Assembly: GCA_963924565.1 (NCBI GenBank)
Contig: OZ004608.1
Location: forward strand, 1,178,001 to 1,242,000
Reading direction: 5' to 3'
DNA from: Ascidiella aspersa
Lineage: Eukaryota
DNA length: 64,000 bases
The notes under the pieces are model-generated. The model made no database searches, had not been told where the DNA came from, and saw only the letters and a program-made list of their open reading frames with translations. The position numbers were made by a program, and so were the translations under genes. Below, piece after piece: positions 12,182 through 25,700 of this stretch; position 1 is the first letter of the stretch; the number at the start of each line of letters is the position of its first letter.

Positions 12182-13494
12182 ATTTTTCTAGCCTTGCCTT
12201 GTCTGCACCACAACCTGATGAAACCAGTTGGTCTCGGTAATTCGGAAGGCACCCGGTATTAGGGGTGGGTATGGTACATGTGTCCACCCTAAAACTATAT
12301 TTTGGTGTATTTTAACTAGTATGCCGTAATCGTTAGTTAGTATTACTTCAGTAGAGTTAGATCACTGTATAAAACCATCTGATTCTACGTTTTAGTTGCT
12401 GTACACATTAGTTTATATTTTACACTTAAATATAATCATTTATTTCCATAGCCATCTACTTTTCCCTACGTTTGCAGTATGCCTAAGTTGAAATCTCAAG
12501 CGAACTCGCTAGAGCGAATTGTACGCTGTCGTGCTCACACAGCGTGACAGTTGCGCGGTGAAGCGTGTCGTTTAATGATTGACTTGCTTGTTTACATTTG
12601 CTTCGTGCATTGAGCTACTTCTTGCACGAGGCCCGCTTTGTGCAACTTTATGGACCTTTAGAAGTGATAGTTAAGGCGTGTAAAGTCGAAGGGCTCACCT
12701 GTAACCATTAAATAAAGTATCACAGTTCAGTTAACTAGTTGAACTAACTGTTTTGCCACGACCACGAATGTTTGGAATAAATACAACTAGCCTTACCTAA
12801 AATATGATATTCCAGAACTTTTGTAAACCGCTTATTTTGCGTCTTTAGCTAAGGAGACTGATATAACGAAGTGTATTGCCACAGTAAATTATTATCCATG
12901 CACATTCAATAAAAAAAAAATATTATTTTTGTCAAATACTACCAGTACATTTGTTTAAAGCTTTATTAGACAATTGCTTTTATTTTAGTTTTGGCGCTTT
13001 AAGCCTGATTGGAGCTGATATTTTAAAGTTTTAACAGTTTAGAACAAAAAACAAACAAAAAGAACAAAACACACCCGACATAAAAATACGTCAGTTCTCG
13101 TTAAAACCAGAAAAGCGTCGTTCTTTCCACAAGCTCAGTCAGCAGAACGTAAAAAGTGAGAGGAGTGAGAGAAGTGGGAGGAGTGGGAGAAAGGAGCGGA
13201 AATGAGCGTCGCCATTTTAACTTGGGCTGCTTTAAATGTTTCACGTCACTGTACATCGCCTGCACAATCAACAACTTGAACAAAATTTGTTATATAATAA
13301 CCTAAACGCGTGTTTCAAATCGTTTAGAAGAAATTGTTTGTTGCCCCTCACACACATTCAACGGTGTTTTTTATTGGAACGAAAACAAACAATTAGATTG
13401 CGCCTACATGAATATATTTTTTTCTAATTTTGTTCATTTATTCGCCCCCAAATCTTTAAGTTGATGTTTTCATTTGTTGCAGTGTTAAGTCGTA

Positions 13495-15605
13495 ATGGAG
13501 CGACCTGAAAGCCCCAAGAAAAAATGCTACGACGTCCTCAAATATTATTGGATCGCTTACCTTAAAGCGCTCAGATCAAATCCGCTTCTCACCAAAGCGA
13601 TTACAAGGTGAGTTTACATGATCAGGGGAACTAAGTTGTTAGTAAGCGAGTTTAGATATTGTATTTAAGCAACTAGATATTGTAGCATTTCCCTTAGTTC
13701 ACAAACCTCGTTTGGCGTCAAACAGCAACAAACCTCTACAACACCTTTGTGGTTTACAAGTGCTTGACGAACTGTAAAGCTTGGTTTAAGCTGTCATAAC
13801 ACGAAGATTGTTTTTGTTTGTGACGTCACAGTTCGGTTCTTGGGATGGCGGGAAATCTGACAGCTCAGTTGATCAACAAACACAATGGAGTGACAGACGA
13901 GATATGTGGAAAAGCTGTGCGGAGGTGAGAGGGTTGTGGATTCGAATTCCGCCTGACACATTCATCGTCGGGTGTAAATTAATGTAGCCTGGGATTTTTA
14001 ACTTTTGTTGGGCCTTCGCATTTACCGAGGGTTGCAAGTTCGAATCCCGCCTCTGATTTGCTAAGATTGTCACCGTCAGACTTTAGTTGACAGGATATTA
14101 TGATCTTGAATAATAGCAAACCTATAAATACAGTACTCCTTAAACTAGCGCTATGCGTTTAATGATGATTGAAAACACTTTAAGTTACAAAGAATGTTTT
14201 CGAATTCTAACAATAACTGAGTCACAGCTGCATGCATTACCAACCAAGAATAATGACCCCCGCCCCCATATAACCCCCCAACAGTGCCCCCATAGATAAC
14301 CCCCAACATTAACTGTGCACCCCTAGGTACGGCGCGTTTGGTCTGGTTGTGTCAGGTCCAGTTGTCCACTTCTTCTACAAGTTTCTTGATCGCTTGATCC
14401 CTCCATCGAAGAGCAAGGAGGACTCGATCAAGAGGTTCTTCGCAGAGCGGCTTCTCCTCGCTCCATTCTTCTCACTCGTCTTCCACGCATTCATGTCGGC
14501 TCTCCAGGTTCGTCAATCAACTAACAACTTCACTTAGTTAGGGCTAATTGAAGTGGTGTTTGTGTTGTGCAGATGAGCCCACAATACTTGAGGTGGGATG
14601 TGTTGGGGTAAATATGATTGAAGCCACGCTGGGAGATGGTTGCGATGGAAACACCTGCTTGCTATATGCATGTAATTAAACAGAAAGTAATGGGCTATAA
14701 GGCAAACATTTATTCACATTGGGAAACTGATATGTTTTACTGTTGGATTTTTTATTCATTTATAATTTCCTAACCACTAATATGTGCATGAAAGTGCCCT
14801 TCTATTCTAATAAAAATAAACACCTTATGGCAACCATTTTCATGTACAGCACCAAATTATGTTTTAAAATAAAAGTATAGTAAACCGTTGGGCCACACTT
14901 GGCGTATACTCCTCAAAAACGGCCTAAACATTTGTGATGGCTGCTTTAGATTGGTGATAAACATCCATACACCAAACAACCCCATATGTATGCATCGAAC
15001 AAATTAATAACTATATTAAAAGGTCTTGAAACAGTAAAGGATGATTGTTTCAGTACAAGACGATCGCTCCAGTGGCAATGAGCGTTCGAGCTTACTTCTG
15101 GCCGACTCTGCTCATGAACTGGAAGTACTGGACAGTTCTGCAGTTCGTCAACGTCAACTACGTGCCAACTGAAGTAAGTCGCCCATGCGTCACCACTCAT
15201 GACGTAACCTTGCCGCCCGTGCGTCACCACTCGTGACGTAGCATTGCTGATTGATTCGATGACGAAACTACGTCCCATTTGTTACGTTTTGATGCTGTAT
15301 TTTCAACTAGATCAGCGCTTCTTTACCGTTGCGCCGTGGAAAGCCGCCAAGTGCGTCGCGGAAAAACAGAAAACGTGTTTTTATAGTACTTGTTCTACTA
15401 TTTTAATAACACAATTCTTCATTAAAATTTTGTGCGGTCCGCAAAGACCTTTCTGAGTTTGATTTTGGCCCGTGACTTGAAAAAGGTTGCCGACCCCTGG
15501 TTTAAGTGTTTGTTCTTTGTTTTTCAGCTGAAGCCTTTGTTCGGCAGTTTGTGTGGATTCCTGTGGAACATTTTGTTGTCAACCGGAATACTCCAAGCCG
15601 CTTAG
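13495..15605 (+). CDS. PXMP2: Peroxisomal membrane protein 2-like (PXMP2 / Mpv17-PMP22 family), 5 exons (13495-13607, 13832-13924, 14327-14507, 15054-15173, 15528-15605)
   Basis: YLKALRSNPLLTKAITSSVLGMAGNLTAQLI...RYGAFGLVVSGPVVHFFYKFLD...ERLLLAPFF...FWPTLLMNWKYWTVLQFVNVNYVP..LKPLFGSLCGFLWN. Contains family motifs P.LTK..TS, GP..H.FY, ERLL.AP and NW..W...QF.N..YVP. Phases are consistent. Confidence 0.88.
15313..15499. mobile_element. hAT/Charlie-type MITE remnant
   Basis: Ends in ttggcccg...aaaaggttgccgacccctg, a typical CAGGGGT-type terminus. The left end is degenerate and no TSD is seen. Confidence 0.45.
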
Positions 15606-17050
15606 AACTTTGTAGAGTCCTACAACCAGCTGCCATTAATTGATGGAATACGCTTTTTATGGATTTTTGTTACTTATTGCTTTTTGTTACTAACTTCTGG
15701 CCAGGAGAATAATTCCCAATATTTTTTTCATTTTGTATAATTTTTGTATTTTCAGGTTTTTACAAGGGAAATGTTGCAATTTTGTGCCCTAGGTCAGTTG
15801 TATTTAGCGCTGTGTAAACTGATTGCCAAATAAACTGTAAATCTGCCAAGTTCATTTTGTGTTTGCGGTCATGGTTGATTCGTGCCGACTGGGTACCCTT
15901 GCTTTACCAAGCGGTCGGGTTGAACTTGTATATTTCAACAGGGGAGACATGACCACCGTGCTATCTGACTCCACTAAATCGAAACTAAACAAACTGTCAT
16001 AGGATTTCAAAGTGCATACTGTCAGGTCGCTTATAGATTTATTGTACATTCACATAATTTAGCAGAGCTCGCTTTCAATAAAAGAGCTTACAGCGCAGTA
16101 AAAACGGGTCTCGCAAGTAAGGCATGCATCAGTTGACTGTAGTGTTTAAACCAACAGCAGCGTGACACTATATAGCACAAGAGCGACTGCGATGGAGATT
16201 AGCAGAGTCGAATGCGGCTAGATTTGCCAGAACGGCCACGAAAGGAAATGAGTATCTAGGTGAAATATTTAACACTTTACCAGGCGAACACGCTATAATT
16301 ACAAGCACAAACAGACATGCGTCGTTTCTTTACAAACTACTATGCCCATAAAATGCCAGGATTTATTTTAAAACATTATAATTATGCACTGAATTCCAAC
16401 GATAGCATTTCAATCCATTGTCCACCAATCAAAAATTAATTTTGTTAAAAACAAAAATGTCGGCCATTGGGTAGGTCTAAGGCATAATAACGTCTAAAGT
16501 AAAGGTAGGTTACTACTATTGTTAGGTGTCCCGATTTATTTATCTTAAAGCATTTCATTTTCTTTAAGAAGATTTATTTTAATTAATTAGAGTTGTTACA
16601 AAGGATTTTGAATAATTTTATTTTAGCTAAGCGGTCCATTGTTTGTGAAGCCGACTTCAAAACCTAACGTAATATGCTTTTAAAAAACAGAACTTGGCTT
16701 GCAAGAAAATTTTACATTTCAGGATTATTTTTGACTTAAATAAATTCTAGAAAATTATTAAATGCGAACTGAAGAAAATTAAGTATTATGGTTTAATCCT
16801 AACTTGTTTCAAAGCTTTATATAGATGAAATTATATTAGCGCTTGAGCCGGGTGGCGCTGTAAAAAAGTGGTAAGATTCTAGCATCCTACCACCACGTTA
16901 AAACATTTTATAAGGCAACACAGCATTTTTGGATGAGGGTGGGTCAAGTATAACTATTTAATAATAATGCTTAAAAACGCTAAACCCTAGCCCAAATAAT
17001 ATTGGTTGTAGTAGGATTCTAGATCAACACTGTTTTGTTTTAACCTTAAC

Positions 17051-18281
17051 TGGGGTAACACTAATTTACGGAATGATGAATGGTCGGAACGCTCACTAAT
17101 TTACGGAATTGAATGAATAGGGCCGAAATTAATTTGATGAATGGTCGGAACGGAATGAACATCGGAATAGAATCCACTGTCGGAATGGAATAAATGACGC
17201 TGTAGGAGCAGAATGAACTGTCGGAATGAAATGAACGAAGCTGTAGGAACAGAATGAACTGTCGGAATGAAATGAACGAAGCTGTAGGAACAGAATGAAC
17301 TGTCGGAATGAAATGAACGAAGCTGTAGGAACAGAATGAACTGTCGGAATAGAAAACGAAGCTGTTAGGGTTAGGGTTACAGTTCATTCCTAACTAGGGT
17401 TCCTCTCCGGGAATGTTTCGACGGGAAATTCCCGGGATTTCATGCGAATTAACAATCCTGAATCCCGGGAAATTTTTTTTATAATCCCGGGTATTCGGCA
17501 ACCTAGCAAAACTTAAAAAATATTGCCGTTTTTGATTAATATAAAGAAAAAAAATAGTACCAACCATGTTAACGTCGTTGCCTGAGTTGTTTTATTTGCG
17601 CTTACCAGCGGAAAAACCTGATTAAATTTATTTTAACAAAAAAAATGCGTCACAAATAAGGGTCCTGACTCGTATTAGAGAAGGTCTGGCGCTCCTTCAG
17701 TTATGAACGTATAAATTAATAAAAAAAAACGGTCTTTAAATACCGCATACCACAACGCAAATTATGCGGGTTAGCATTTGAGTGAGGGTGGGTCAAGCGG
17801 TATTATTAATAATAAACATAATAATATTTGACCCACGAAAGAAAGAACGCCCATAAATGAGCTAAATTAAATGTTTGAAGCTAAAATAAATAAAAAATAT
17901 CAACCTCAAAATGACATGATTTTATGTATAATTTTTTCGTCGGGATCCCGGGATTCCCGGGAAGTTTCATTTTTCAATCCCGTTTCCTGGGAGTGAAAAA
18001 ATCCGGGAAAAAGAGGAACCCTATTCCTAACCCTAAATGCTTCGTTCATCTCGTTCCGTCAGTTCATTCTAATCCGACAGTTCATTCTGTTCCTACAGCT
18101 TCGTTCATTTCATTTCGACAGTTCATTCTGTTCCTACAGCGTCGTTCATTTCATTCCGACAGTTCATTCTGTTCCTACAGCTTCGTTCATTTCATTCCTC
18201 ATTCCGTTCCGACCATTCATCAAATCAGTTTTGGCCCTATTCATTCAATTCCGACCATTCCGTAAATTAGTGTTACGCCCA
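17051..18281. mobile_element. Foldback/MITE-like element with long inverted arms containing ~39-bp internal tandem repeats and inner TTAGGG motifs
   Basis: Left end ggggtaacactaatttacggaatg matches the right end cattccgtaaattagtgttacgccc. Arms carry repeats of gctgtaggaacagaatgaactgtcggaatgaaatgaacgaa and their reverse complement. gttagggttagggtta at 17364 and ctaaccctaa at 18027. Confidence 0.85.
17395..18023. mobile_element. Non-autonomous hAT-superfamily element nested in the foldback element
   Basis: Perfect TIRs TAGGGTTCCTCT...AGAGGAACCCTA, a perfect 8-bp TSD TTCCTAAC (17387-17394 and 18024-18031) and subterminal CCCGGGA repeats. Confidence 0.9.
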
Positions 18282-18662
18282 TAACTGTAGCCATGTTAGT
18301 TTAAAAACATTGCAAATAACGCTTAGCTTATTGCCTAAAAGAAACCTGTTTCAACTGAACTCCGGAAGAGGCTGTTGGATGGCAACCTTAATTGAACTTC
18401 AACATTTATGCCCAGTAAACAACCTGTATTCCGTAAATGGGAGAATGACCTGGGACCCTAAGTTTGAAGTTCAATAACCCTGCTACCCAATGAAAAGTAT
18501 GGCAAGTGCCGCCGCGGTTTCTTCAACAGACTAAATCTGCACCCCCAATTTTCCCATATGTTATAGTAACATTTTGTACCTTAGTTGCACCCAGTCACCA
18601 GTCACCTTGATTTTTTTACCTTGCACCTATAAGATCTTGAGCGTCAAGATATTGTATGGTTT

Positions 18663-19309
18663 CTAGACAGGTACCCCAGATTGGAAACTTTGGATATTGC
18701 GCGGTGGGAGATGTTTTGCAGCTGAAAAAATGCGCGTCTGAAAATAAAATTTCGACTTGAACTTGCGCGGCTGAAAATAAACCATCAGGCTACCGAAAGT
18801 TGTAAATTGCGAATTTATATTAAACTTACAACGTTCATAGAATACTTGAATCACTGCGCAATTTTTGGTTGGTGTGTGGGCGCAGTGCGCAGGTAAATAT
18901 TTAAAAAGTTGGATAGTATAGCATTTAATATGCAATATTACTCGAAATTGCCTAATTTGACGTCACTAAACACATGACCGTTGTCCACTGATGCGTGACC
19001 AAATTGCCGAACTGTGCGTTTTTAGCGTTTCGCAAGTGATTCTATATGATGCATTATATTATATACGTCTTATAAACTAGCGTTAAAAAATGTTATGCAA
19101 CTTCAGTATGCGGCCCGCCAATTTTTTTTGTGCTTGTTAAGTTTCATACAGAAGTTTGCGCGGCTGAAGTTTTGCGCGTTTGCTCGAGTCAGATTTGCGT
19201 GGCTGAACACATTTTCTATAAAATGCGCGGCTGTGACCGCGGCTGAAAGTGCTACTGCGCGGGGGATTTATCCCAAGCCAAACTTTCCAACCTGGCAGGT
19301 ACCTGGTTA
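18663..19309. mobile_element. MITE with ~30-bp imperfect TIRs
   Basis: ctagacaggtaccccagattggaaactttgg versus the reverse complement of ccaaactttccaacctggcaggtacctggttag. Internal repeated gcgcggctga motifs. Confidence 0.7.
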
Positions 19310-19713
19310 GGAAATTAGTTTGCAACTTAGTAGTACAATTACAGTATGTGTGAGCTAAAGAATGTGTAGAAAAGCTGTTGACAAACATTTCAGATCCAAA
19401 GTGGTGGTTATGTGCTGCGCATACCTGAAGTAAACCCAGACAGAAATAAATGGTCATTCTTCGCAGAGAATGGTAAAGTAAAGTTTGGTATCCTGGTGAG
19501 CTGAACAAATAACCTCTTTCTTGAACTTGTGCACAAAAAGATAACAAATCATCTCTAAATTGATTTTTCCACAGTGTTTATTTGGTTTAAATGGCGAGCT
19601 TTAAAGAAATAGGGCAATAACTAAAAAATGCAAAAGTACCATTGCAACCTGAAAACATATGTAATGTCCAAGTTAAAAATGTGCATTTTTTTAACAGATT
19701 TTACTTGGTTATA

Positions 19714-22700
19714 ATGTCTGATTTTATGAAATTGTTTCGTCGCCAAAAGTCAGTGTCAAAAAATGAACCAAATGAAAATGTTTCAGCAAATAAAAATCAA
19801 AAGCCATCACACGAGGCAGCAGAGCTTAACTTTTCAGCATCAAATAATTCAATCGACTTCAGCGCGTCAAGAATCGATTCCTCGCAGCAAGAAGGTCTGA
19901 GTTTCATCGCTGAAGATAAAAGTGACGATGGTTTCAAGGAGCCAAAGGGTTGGAGGAAATCTCTCCGTAAACTTCGCTGGAAGAAAAAAGGGCCTGGGGT
20001 GAGCGTCTCGTCCGACAACATTTCACAAGTGCCGGCGATGTCGACCGAGAATATCAGCCGGGTGACCCCGGTCACTTCCCCGGGTCGGTTCAACAAGCGA
20101 TGGTCGTACTCTCCCGACCTTTGCGAGGAAAACGTTCCCGGTGCAAAAGAACTTCGAGGAACGCTGGAGAGAAAGTTGAGCGTTAAACTTGAGGTTAGCG
20201 AGGAAACATACGACGATGAACTCGGTCGTTACTCATTCCGACAAGCTCCGAACAATAGAAGCCACCGGAACTCACTCAAGCTGACAAGAGAGTCGAACAT
20301 CGAGGAGGATCGTTACAAACAGCTTCCGAGCATCGCAGGTGACGAGCAGGGATCCGTCCCTTCGATCCCAACCTCGTTAAACCTCCCCCAAGCTCTCAAC
20401 CAGATGTCGCATCTCTCACAAAGTGAACCATTCTTCAGAAACCAGCACGAGCACCTGCATCTGCAGAATAAAGGAAAATCATCCCCGGGTTTGACCGAGT
20501 GGGCTGAAGGAGAATTTGATCGACAGAGAATCAAACACAACTCGCCAAGACCGCATGATAAAGGTTTGTGGGATCTATGGCTTCTTATATATTTTCCTTC
20601 ATCTAAATTTCTAATGATTATATAAGCAAAATATATTATATATACTACCAGCATACTGACAGTAAAATTCGATAATGTTTGTTTCACAATTTTCTGTTAC
20701 AATTAATGCAGGCCTTGGCTTTTGTATTGTATAAGCAGACATAACACAAAAACAAAACTTGTAAAATATAAGTGATATACATTTATCTGGTTTTCACACC
20801 TTTTATATCCTTTTGTTTTTTTATTTTTGTAACTGATGATTAGATTGTTATCTATTAAATTATTTCTTTAGAATTATCTTTCTTGCTTTGCACAAGTAGT
20901 TCATTAATATTAAGATATGATTTTGCGCTATTCGAAAAGCAGACTAATTTTACTTAAAAGGTTGGTAAACAGCGTCATTGTGGTGGTGTGCAGTACGTGC
21001 TATTTTTTCTTATATTTAAGTGATAGGTCTATAAAATATAACCTTCTGTTCGTTGGGCAGCTTATGGAGAGGGAAGTTATCCTTACCAATCAAGCCACCA
21101 GCAGCCAACGTATGTGATGTTGTCACGAGGAGATGGGTCGCAGATGTTGAGCAACGTTGAGCAGGGATACTCGGCTGAAGAAACTCCAGAGGAAGAAGAA
21201 GAACCATATGGACTGCAGGTTAATATATAAGAACCTTATGGACTACAGGTTAATATAAAAACCTTATGGACTGCAGGTTAATATAAGAACCTTATGGACT
21301 GCAGGTTAATATAAAAACCTTATGGACTACAGGTTAATATAAAAACCTTGTGGACTGTAGGATGTATTAAAAAAACATTGAACAATATTTTAACATAATT
21401 TTATTTTAAATATTTAAGCAAACACAACCTTTGTATTGAGTATGACGTAACACTTCCATTGTGATGTAATACAAATGGATTGCAAAATGAGCATTACAAC
21501 AGTACATGTGTACTGCATTTTTGTTTAAATTTATGCTATTGCTATCGTTCGCAAAGATGACATGCGTCTAGCATTGTCAAAAACACAACCACGCATTTCA
21601 AGACTTGCTTCGTAGATGCAGCAGCAGGAACCGCATTGAAGTAAACCTGTGATAATAAAGCAAATTGTTGTTTTCTGTTAGTTTACTCAACATACGGTGC
21701 CCTTCGCAGACAAAAAAATGAACTAAACGCACATATCACACCAGTAAATGTAAGGGGTCCGCAACTATTTAACGGCATCAAAAAGGGCCACTGGTACAAA
21801 AAGGTTGAGAACCACTGATTTAGAGTTTATCAAATTTTATCAAAATAACGTCTTTGAAAACAAAATTAAATGCAAACTTTATTAGGTATTTTTATATAAA
21901 TCCCCTTTACTTTGTTTGTTGGGAGTTCTTACATTTTGCACAAACTATTTCCAGGACATTGATGAAGTGTTGACAAGTGCTGAGTCGAGGTCAGCGACCT
22001 TACGGAGCTTACACGGACAAAACTACGACCGTGTCACGCTTGAAACTCCACGAAGCCCTGAAGAAGACGCACTACACTCTGTGACAGGTAAACTCCTTTC
22101 AACAAACTATTAAAGTTAATTAGTAATGGCAAAATCATGTCACCTGTGCATTTGAATAAGTAGGGTATTTTCACACTAAACATTTTTGTTCACACCTTTA
22201 ATGACATAGTTTTTAACATTTAAAAAGTATAATTATGTGTATTAACAATTTGTGAAACTTTCAGCCACTTAACATGTTTTAATTGTGTGCCACAACTATA
22301 TTGTTTGTTAAATATTTTTTCTTTCCTATCAGGAGAATAATAATTGCAATCTCTTTAAATTATGTGATATACCAAAACCAAAGTTATTTGTCAACTTGTG
22401 AACATGTAATTAGTGTGTGTTGAATTGAAGTAACCTCGGAAATGTGATGGGGTCTTTGAAAGTAACCCCGGTAATGTTATAGGTTGAGTTCAACCAGGGT
22501 CATTGACCTATCAATATCCACAAATATTTGTTGTTTAGTTGTAAATAGTTCATGTTGTTTAAATAGTGACAAGAAAATGGGATCTGTAACACACATAATA
22601 CAACATGTGATTCCCTTTAAAAGAATCTTTGAATATCCTTGTTTTGATAAGCTGATAAGAGTAGGAATAGGTGAGGATGCCTTAATAGAGTAGTATACTC

Positions 22701-25700
22701 AATGAAATATTATGAAATCAATAAAGAAATGTTAAGGCTTAGATGTGCCTAAGAAGTTTAAATGAAAATAAGCCAAGGGCCAGATTATATTGCTTGGTGG
22801 GCTTGATCCGGTCCGCTGGTTGTAGTCTGCCCAGGTCTATGCTATAAGGTCTGTGAAGAACCTGAAAGTAACCCTAGTAATGCTATAGGCCCTGTGATAC
22901 AAGAAGTTGAAAGTAACCTCAGTAATGTTTCAGGCTCGTTGATGAGAGGGAGGGCTGGGACCCAGTTCGAACGAGCTGCTGAAATCGCTCTGGAGAATTA
23001 CAACAACTACAACCAACAACCGGTAGATCATTATTACCAGGACGTGAATGAACAAAACAACACACAACCTTTCAACAATGCTGTATGAAAATATCATTTC
23101 ACTTTTCAAGTTAAAATAAATGAATATAGTATTAGCAATTAGACAAAACTCTAAAAGTTGATTTAAACTGCATTATGATGTTACCCTTAGTGAAATAAAT
23201 GCAGCAAAAAGTGGATAATGTGGCAAAGAGTCTAAGTGTTAGATTTATTGTATGGCTTTTAAAGTATAGCTTAGACGGTAGGGACATGAATTAATCAATT
23301 CAAGTTTATATAAAAACATTTTCTGCCTTTAACCATTTAACCTTGTTGCTGTCATTTGTTTCATATTACCAAACTATTCACTGTTTTTTTGAAATGTTTA
23401 ATGTTCATTGTTCGTTTTTTACAGTATTCCAGTGACAATGAATTGCGTAATACTGACACTGATGATGACGTGTATATCGATTGTGGCGTTAATGTAAGTT
23501 GTGCATTAATATAAGCTAAGATCTAGTGATAACATACAATTAAAATTTTGCCAAAAGGTAAATTGTATTTCTGAACATTGTTGATAACTTCGTTGATTAT
23601 TTGCATTTGAAGATATTTTGAAATTTTATTTAATTGCTTGTCTCCGAAAAATGTCATATACACACTGTACATTTAGTATGTGAACTGGATTGTATTAATT
23701 TGTGGTTTTCACAGCCTTAAATCATTTTAAGTTATCTCCATTAATTTGCCACCACTTTTATCCTGCAGGCGGAAACCTCGCAATGGGACGATCAGGAATT
23801 TGATTCTTTTTCCGACGATTCTGACCAAGAAACATATGAAGATTATAATTCTGTTCAAGAAACTAAAACTGAGCCTCCAAAAACGGATCGGGTAAAATAA
23901 AAACAGTTGTATTTATATTTGTATAATTGAATTGAAACTTGTACAATAGATGTGATTTTTACAAAGTTAAAGAACATTTGGTTTTCCAAGTCTGAAATGA
24001 CTTGTGTATCAGTTCCGCAATGTAACCTGATAAGGTACAAAGCTGTTTGGAGTTTGTCATGCTTCGCCACAGCTGAGCGATCCTCCATAGCTGTGAGGTT
24101 ATAAGTGGCATAAGTGGGCTGACAATAGAAACTAAAGCATTGTGTCCATAACATCTAACAAATACCAGTACATTTCCTAATACAGTTGGATGGTAATTTT
24201 AATGAATCAACTTAACTTACAGTTCAGCAAAGACATTGGAAAGTTAAAATTTTGGGAAAGAACTTCAGTCAAGAAAAAGAATTCTCCTTCAAAATGTAAA
24301 ACCACTCATTTTCATTATATTTACACAAACTTAAAATAATTTTTAATCTTACATATAACAAGAATTTTAAATAAATCTTCACCCATTGTATGTTTTATAT
24401 AATGTTATAACCATACCTCTGCTAAAATATTTCCACATAAATATTGTAACCATTAAAACAAAACTTTATCGTTCATATTTCACAAATTTTAACTCATAGC
24501 TGTGGGCGCTGAAGCGGATCCAAATGTTTTCCTCGGAGTGGACCTCGCAGCTAAACACCAGGTGGCGCAGTTACCGGTGTTGGTTCCTTCGAACCTCGAC
24601 AAGAACCAGCTGAAGCGTCGAAACATCGTCGGATCGATAATTTCAAGCGAACAGGCATACATAGAGTCCTTGGAACGGCTGGAGTCCGACTACAAGTGAG
24701 CACACGTCTCTTTAAACTTACACTTTGCTTTTCTACTTTTGTTATAGATTTTTTATTTTACGTCTACCTTCAACTTTATCATTATCATTTTGTAAAACAG
24801 CTTTAGATAAACAACACACAAACAAACGAATGTTAACTCATAAAAAAGTGTTTTGCTTTGTCAAACAAAGAGTAGAACATTTAGAATAAACATTTTCATC
24901 CCTTGTTGTTGTTAAACAGTTACTAAGCCACTTAAACATTTCTACACATTTTTTAACTGTCCTTTATTTGTCATAACTTCCATTTTTGTGTCACAGGCAT
25001 GCATTGTTAGATCACAAGCCTCAGATAATCCCTTCTGAGATGGTTGAGAAGATCTTCTTTAAGATTCCCTCGCTTCTTCAATGTCATCGACTCTTCCATG
25101 TCGGTCTCGCATCAGCGACTTCAAACTGGGACGAACACGAATGCATCGGGGGAACCTTCGTCGCTTCGGTGGGTTATTGGGGATTTCCCGGGGGGTTATT
25201 GGCACATTGGGAATTCCCCGGGGTTTATGGGAACGAGTCGTGTGTCTTTGCTATAAATATCAATCTTTGTTGGAGGCTGCAGTTGTCTAATTGTAAACCT
25301 TGAAATAAGATTGAACTCTTCAACGACTGATTGTTTTAAAATCTCAACAAGCTTTCGCACATCCAGGCTTAATCAGCCAAATATTTGTCACTAATGTATG
25401 CCCGGTGTGATGGTTTTATAATCCTAATGTTTCAGTTTTCCAACGCTGTTGTGTTGGAATGTTACGGTGATTTCATCAACAACTTCACGACAGCGATGGA
25501 CTTGGTGAGGAAAACCTGCATCAGGAAACCTCAGTTCCTTGCCTTCCTTAAGGAGAGGCAGGTCGAAAGTCCAGACCGACTCAATCTATACGGACTCATG
25601 CTCAAACCGGTGCAGAGGTTTCCACAGTTCATTATGTTTGTACAGGTACGGCAAATATTTGTGGTAGAATGCTTCTAAAAAATCTAGGTCCTACAATTTA

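Noticed and set aside
12213-12250. CTGATGA followed by a short hairpin, as a possible hammerhead ribozyme
   Set aside because: No GAAA follows the stem and no stems I/III could be identified.
17364-17379. Telomere or interstitial telomeric array
   Set aside because: Only about 2.5 TTAGGG units, embedded in a mobile element arm.
17061-18265. ORFs 17061-17387 and 17924-18265
   Set aside because: They are products of 39-bp repeats in the arms of a non-autonomous element and show no transposase motifs.
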